A stretch of DNA of 64,000 nucleotides from contig CM119372.1 in assembly GCA_051294905.1 (NCBI GenBank), positions 22,694,001 through 22,758,000 on the forward strand, in the 5' to 3' direction. The notes under the pieces were generated by a model. It ran no database searches and was not told the origin of the DNA. It saw only the letters and a program-made list of their open reading frames with translations. Shown here piece by piece: positions 61,401 to 64,000 of the stretch. The DNA comes from Botryllus schlosseri. Lineage: Eukaryota. Position 1 is the stretch's first letter. Every line of letters begins with the position of its first letter. A program made the position numbers and the translations under genes.

Positions 61401-63058
61401 GGCAGTACAATTGCAGACAACACCGTGTGTGCATATGACAGCCAGATGTCATCGCGAGACGCTTGCTCGGTAATCTTTTTGTTTGTGTTCTGTGTCGCTC
61501 GACCGATATCACGGGAGAGTCAATGCCTCAACATCAAAGAACGGCGCGAGATGGTACATCAGCTTCAACTAGGAATTTCTTAATCACCTTAATTTGTCCT
61601 CATTGCAGAGAGAAATACCTCGGTGAATTATACCCGCGGTTGATTAGTGCCTAAATCGGATACCTTTCAAACTATTAAGAACACTCCCTGTAAAAACCTA
61701 AGAAGACAGAATTCTCAGAATTGAGACGCATCAAGAAGTTCACTGTCGTTTGAAACACATACCGACTTTATAAACCAGTCGCATATATATCCTTTAATGT
61801 AAACATTGCAGGCGACCGGTTACAAATCACATTGCCTGCTGCGAGCGAAAATCGGTCACCTCACTGCAACAGGACGAAATATTCCTCATCAATCAAATTG
61901 ATAACAGTACATAAACAATGCAACAATGGATGTTTTGATCATTCGGTCGACATCTCGGAAGACACAAACTATACGTATTGCACTTGATGAAATAGGCTGA
62001 TATAATATGTGAATTTTCCCAATTTTAACCATGACGTGGGTGCGTATCAAGTCTGCAATACTTCCTGCTAAGGAATCCGTCATTTGCAACCACAACAGTC
62101 GGAGTAAATGAGTCAGATACACGCAATACAAATGTGGTCATATTGAATGAGATATCATTTCGTGTACCATATATGCTTGTGCGTGCGTCTTTTGTGGTGC
62201 TACACCTAAACAGATCTCAGGCCCATCAATCATAAGGTACCATAATGATGGGTGTATTTGGCTAATTTACACCAACTCGTATGGGTATGGAGCAAAACGT
62301 TTTAACAGAAAGTGACGAGGATTAGACGTATAAATGACAAGTCATGGTGAAGATCTGGAAAATTCACATATCGTTTGCAGTGCAATCGCAACTACTCGAA
62401 AAAAATTACCAATAATCGATCGCTTCAGCCCAACACTTGAATATTACGAAAGCTTTATTTTTAGGGTGACTTGGGCGGTCCACTTGTTTGTCCTACAACA
62501 CAGTACGGATGCAACGGCTATTTCTTGCTAGGGGTCACGATAGCCGGGAATACACCTTGCGGTGGAGATATTACGAACAACCCTGGGATTTACGCAGCCA
62601 TAGATCCAAACCTGGATTGGTTGCGAAATGGTAGGCATATATTTTCATTTGTAAATAACTGGTGGCAAGTTATACTTGTCTTAAGCATTTATACATCCCA
62701 CAAGTTAATTAACTTTAACTGCGAATTCAAATCAGGGTTACATGCGTAGCATTCCTAATGTATAGTAACTGATCTCAAGAAATCAAGTATTTGAAGAATT
62801 GGCTAATCTTTCAATCACAATTCTTGATTTGGCATAATGCTTTCCTATTGTATGCCTGAGTGCATGACATATATCGCGATGAGATACTCACGCGCATCGC
62901 TTATTTGTGCAGTGATGGGAAACAGGAAAGCCTCCTCACAGCGCCACAGCAAGCCGGCATTCTTTTGCAACCCGAAAATTCAGATAAAGCTCTCAAACAC
63001 CGACAGCGAAAGCACGGCCAATTTGAGAACAGAATCAATACCGGAGGAGATTGTTTGA
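49395..63058 (+). CDS. Secreted trypsin-like S1A serine protease homolog, predicted catalytically inactive, 329 aa, 7 exons: 49395-49491, 49549-49708, 51682-51794, 54745-54909, 61327-61469, 62465-62630, 62913-63058
   Basis: Signal-peptide-like MAYRNSFAGVFIIFLTVIDTSTS, then RLK|IVGG, WPWQ, CGATLIHRHWVVTAAHC, IHVHPCY, SNIALIKL, PAC, CVATGYG, LQEV, VCAY, DACSGDLGGPLVC, PGIYA..LDWLR. All GT-AG junctions are in phase; 990 nt total. Confidence 0.9.
49549..49708 (+). CDS. Protease homolog exon 2 (IVGG to TAAHC)
   Basis: tgtag|TG RLKIVGGQDAQEGKWPWQAM..CGATLIHRHWVVTAAHCV AT|gtgagt. Confidence 0.93.
50627..51132. mobile_element. Diverged family-A MITE (protease intron 2)
   Basis: Shares AAATCGAGTAC, ATTCGATTCTGAATC, CCACAAAGAAT, AATCGAGGTT and TCTCGTTGATAAAT with 20905-21428. 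Confidence 0.7.
51682..51794 (+). CDS. Protease homolog exon 3
   Basis: cccag|T NYSKMKIYFGVWNV..EIHVHPCYD G|gtgagt. Confidence 0.88.
53500..53612 (-). mobile_element. tRNA-derived SINE (family B), partial
   Basis: TAGCGTAGTG..GGTTCGATTCC..GTCGGAGGTTTATCTGGGCCCCTC. Confidence 0.65.
53783..54060 (+). mobile_element. Full-length tRNA-derived SINE (family B)
   Basis: A box TAGCGTAGTGG, B box GGTTCGAGTCC, core GTTGGAGGTTTATCTAGGCCCCTC, ACA-rich tail; 13-bp TSD ACACCATGACGGC (53770-53782, 54061-54073). Confidence 0.85.
54745..54909 (+). CDS. Protease homolog exon 4 (Asp102 position is Asn)
   Basis: ttcag|AT GHPIQDAGSNIALIKLNQPV..PACF..CVATGYGKQ A|gtgagt. Confidence 0.9.
57828..58330. repeat. Direct repeat (~320-bp period) inside a degenerate element; inverted homologous segments at about 59310-59600
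   Basis: CGCCCGAAGATGTTT..GGTAAATCTGATTACG.GAGCAGAGAG..AAATTGATAGCAATATATATGCAATT..TTTTCGCGCTT occurs twice. Confidence 0.75.
58555..59902. mobile_element. hAT (Charlie/Buster-like) non-autonomous element
   Basis: CAGTGGTTCTCAACC / GGTTGAGAATCACTG; GCGGACCGG subterminal repeats; TSD gtctaggt / gtctaggg. Confidence 0.85.
59911..60813. mobile_element. Second related hAT element, adjacent and inverted, containing RNase H and Penelope remnants
   Basis: CAGTGGTTCTCCACC / GGTTGAGAACCACTG; CCGGTCCG repeats; TSD gtctaggg / gtcttggg. Confidence 0.8.
60185..60400 (+). pseudogene. RNase H remnant of a non-LTR retrotransposon
   Basis: LILSDSMSVVHAM..ILAWVPGNADIGGNELADKL matches the RNase HI xSDS..WVPGHxGIxGNExAD pattern. 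Confidence 0.75.
61327..61469 (+). CDS. Protease homolog exon 5
   Basis: cacag|GT SGKRARILQEVFF..ACRSY..TVCAY..RDACS|gtaatc. Confidence 0.88.
62465..62630 (+). CDS. Protease homolog exon 6 (Ser195 position is Leu)
   Basis: tttag|GDLGGPLVCP..FLLGVT..PCGG..PGIYAAIDPNLDWLRN G|gtaggc. Confidence 0.92.
62913..63058 (+). CDS. Protease homolog exon 7 (C-terminal extension)
   Basis: gtgcag|TG MGNRKASSQRHSKPAFFCNPK..PEEIV*; phase matches exon 6. Confidence 0.7.
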
Positions 63059-64000
63059 CGGCGCTCGGAAACATAAATGAAGACGTCTTGTTTAGAACGT
63101 GGAATTCATTCAACGAAACGCATAAGAGCAATTCTAGAATATAGGAGACAAAAATTATTGCCCGAATATTGTACAACGGCGATATCTTGAATAAGCCAAG
63201 TATGATACAAACAATGCAGCGCACTTCCCGCACAAGATCTCGTCTTCAACTGCAGCAATCACATGATGTCGAATCATATTAGCGGATGACTGGCAAGGCT
63301 TGGGGTTGGGAAAGAAAATTGTGTCCGAATTCTGTAGAAATCATTCGACAATAAAGCGGCCATATACTTGTCGAAAAAAACAGAAGCGTCAATAGCGTTT
63401 AAAAAACTATACGTCGTCATTCGCATGTAATAATATACCATTTTCAAAAATCAGTTGTACTGTAATACTTGTACTGCCTATACACGAAAAATTTGTTCCA
63501 AACTTATTTTTCATCTCAAACACAGCTCATTGTAAACATCAATGATTTACTAATGGTAACAGCCGTACATTTGAATGAAATAAAAAATCTACTGAACTAT
63601 CGGCTATATATATTAGGTTTATTGGGCTATACCTTGTTTTGGCGGAACCATTGCGCCCTCTGCTGCACTATTCTCTCATACCTGTACGTTGAATTGAGTC
63701 ATTTATTGTTCTTATTGTATTTCTGTTACTTTGACGTGTTTGTAATATTTTTTTCTTTAACTTAATAAACAAATAAATGAACATCTCCCATATAAGGAGC
63801 GTATAGCTCGGTATATTTAAAATGAAGATAATTTTGCTGCATCATAAATAAATATGCCAGATGAGACCAGAATAAACTTCTGAATAGACACAAGTCGAAC
63901 AGAGTGACCATAGGCCCACACGTATTGATTTTAGTTCGTCAAGCTACATACTAATTAATAAGGAGAGTGGTTAGGATAGGGTTGACCTACATTTCATACC

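Overview
Eukaryotic genomic DNA, most likely from an invertebrate animal (species not identifiable from sequence alone), with spliceosomal introns and a heavy transposon load. Two + strand genes can be assembled exon by exon with consistent splice phases. (1) The 3' 15 exons of a TAO (Ste20-family) Ser/Thr kinase, 1336-22077; the 5' exons were not found and probably lie upstream; one intron is GC-AG. (2) A complete 7-exon, 329-aa secreted trypsin-family (S1A) protein, 49395-63058, with two catalytic residues replaced (Asp102->Asn, Ser195->Leu), i.e. a predicted pseudo-protease. Introns and the intergenic region contain many hAT-like DNA elements with TIRs and 8-bp TSDs, several nested (22.6-33.3 kb), two of them with decayed transposase remnants. 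Also present: a frameshifted RTE-like LINE, tRNA-derived SINEs, an RNase H remnant, and a Penelope-like 3' remnant carrying a minimal hammerhead ribozyme with a possible pseudoknot. All calls are by eye; no database searches were run.
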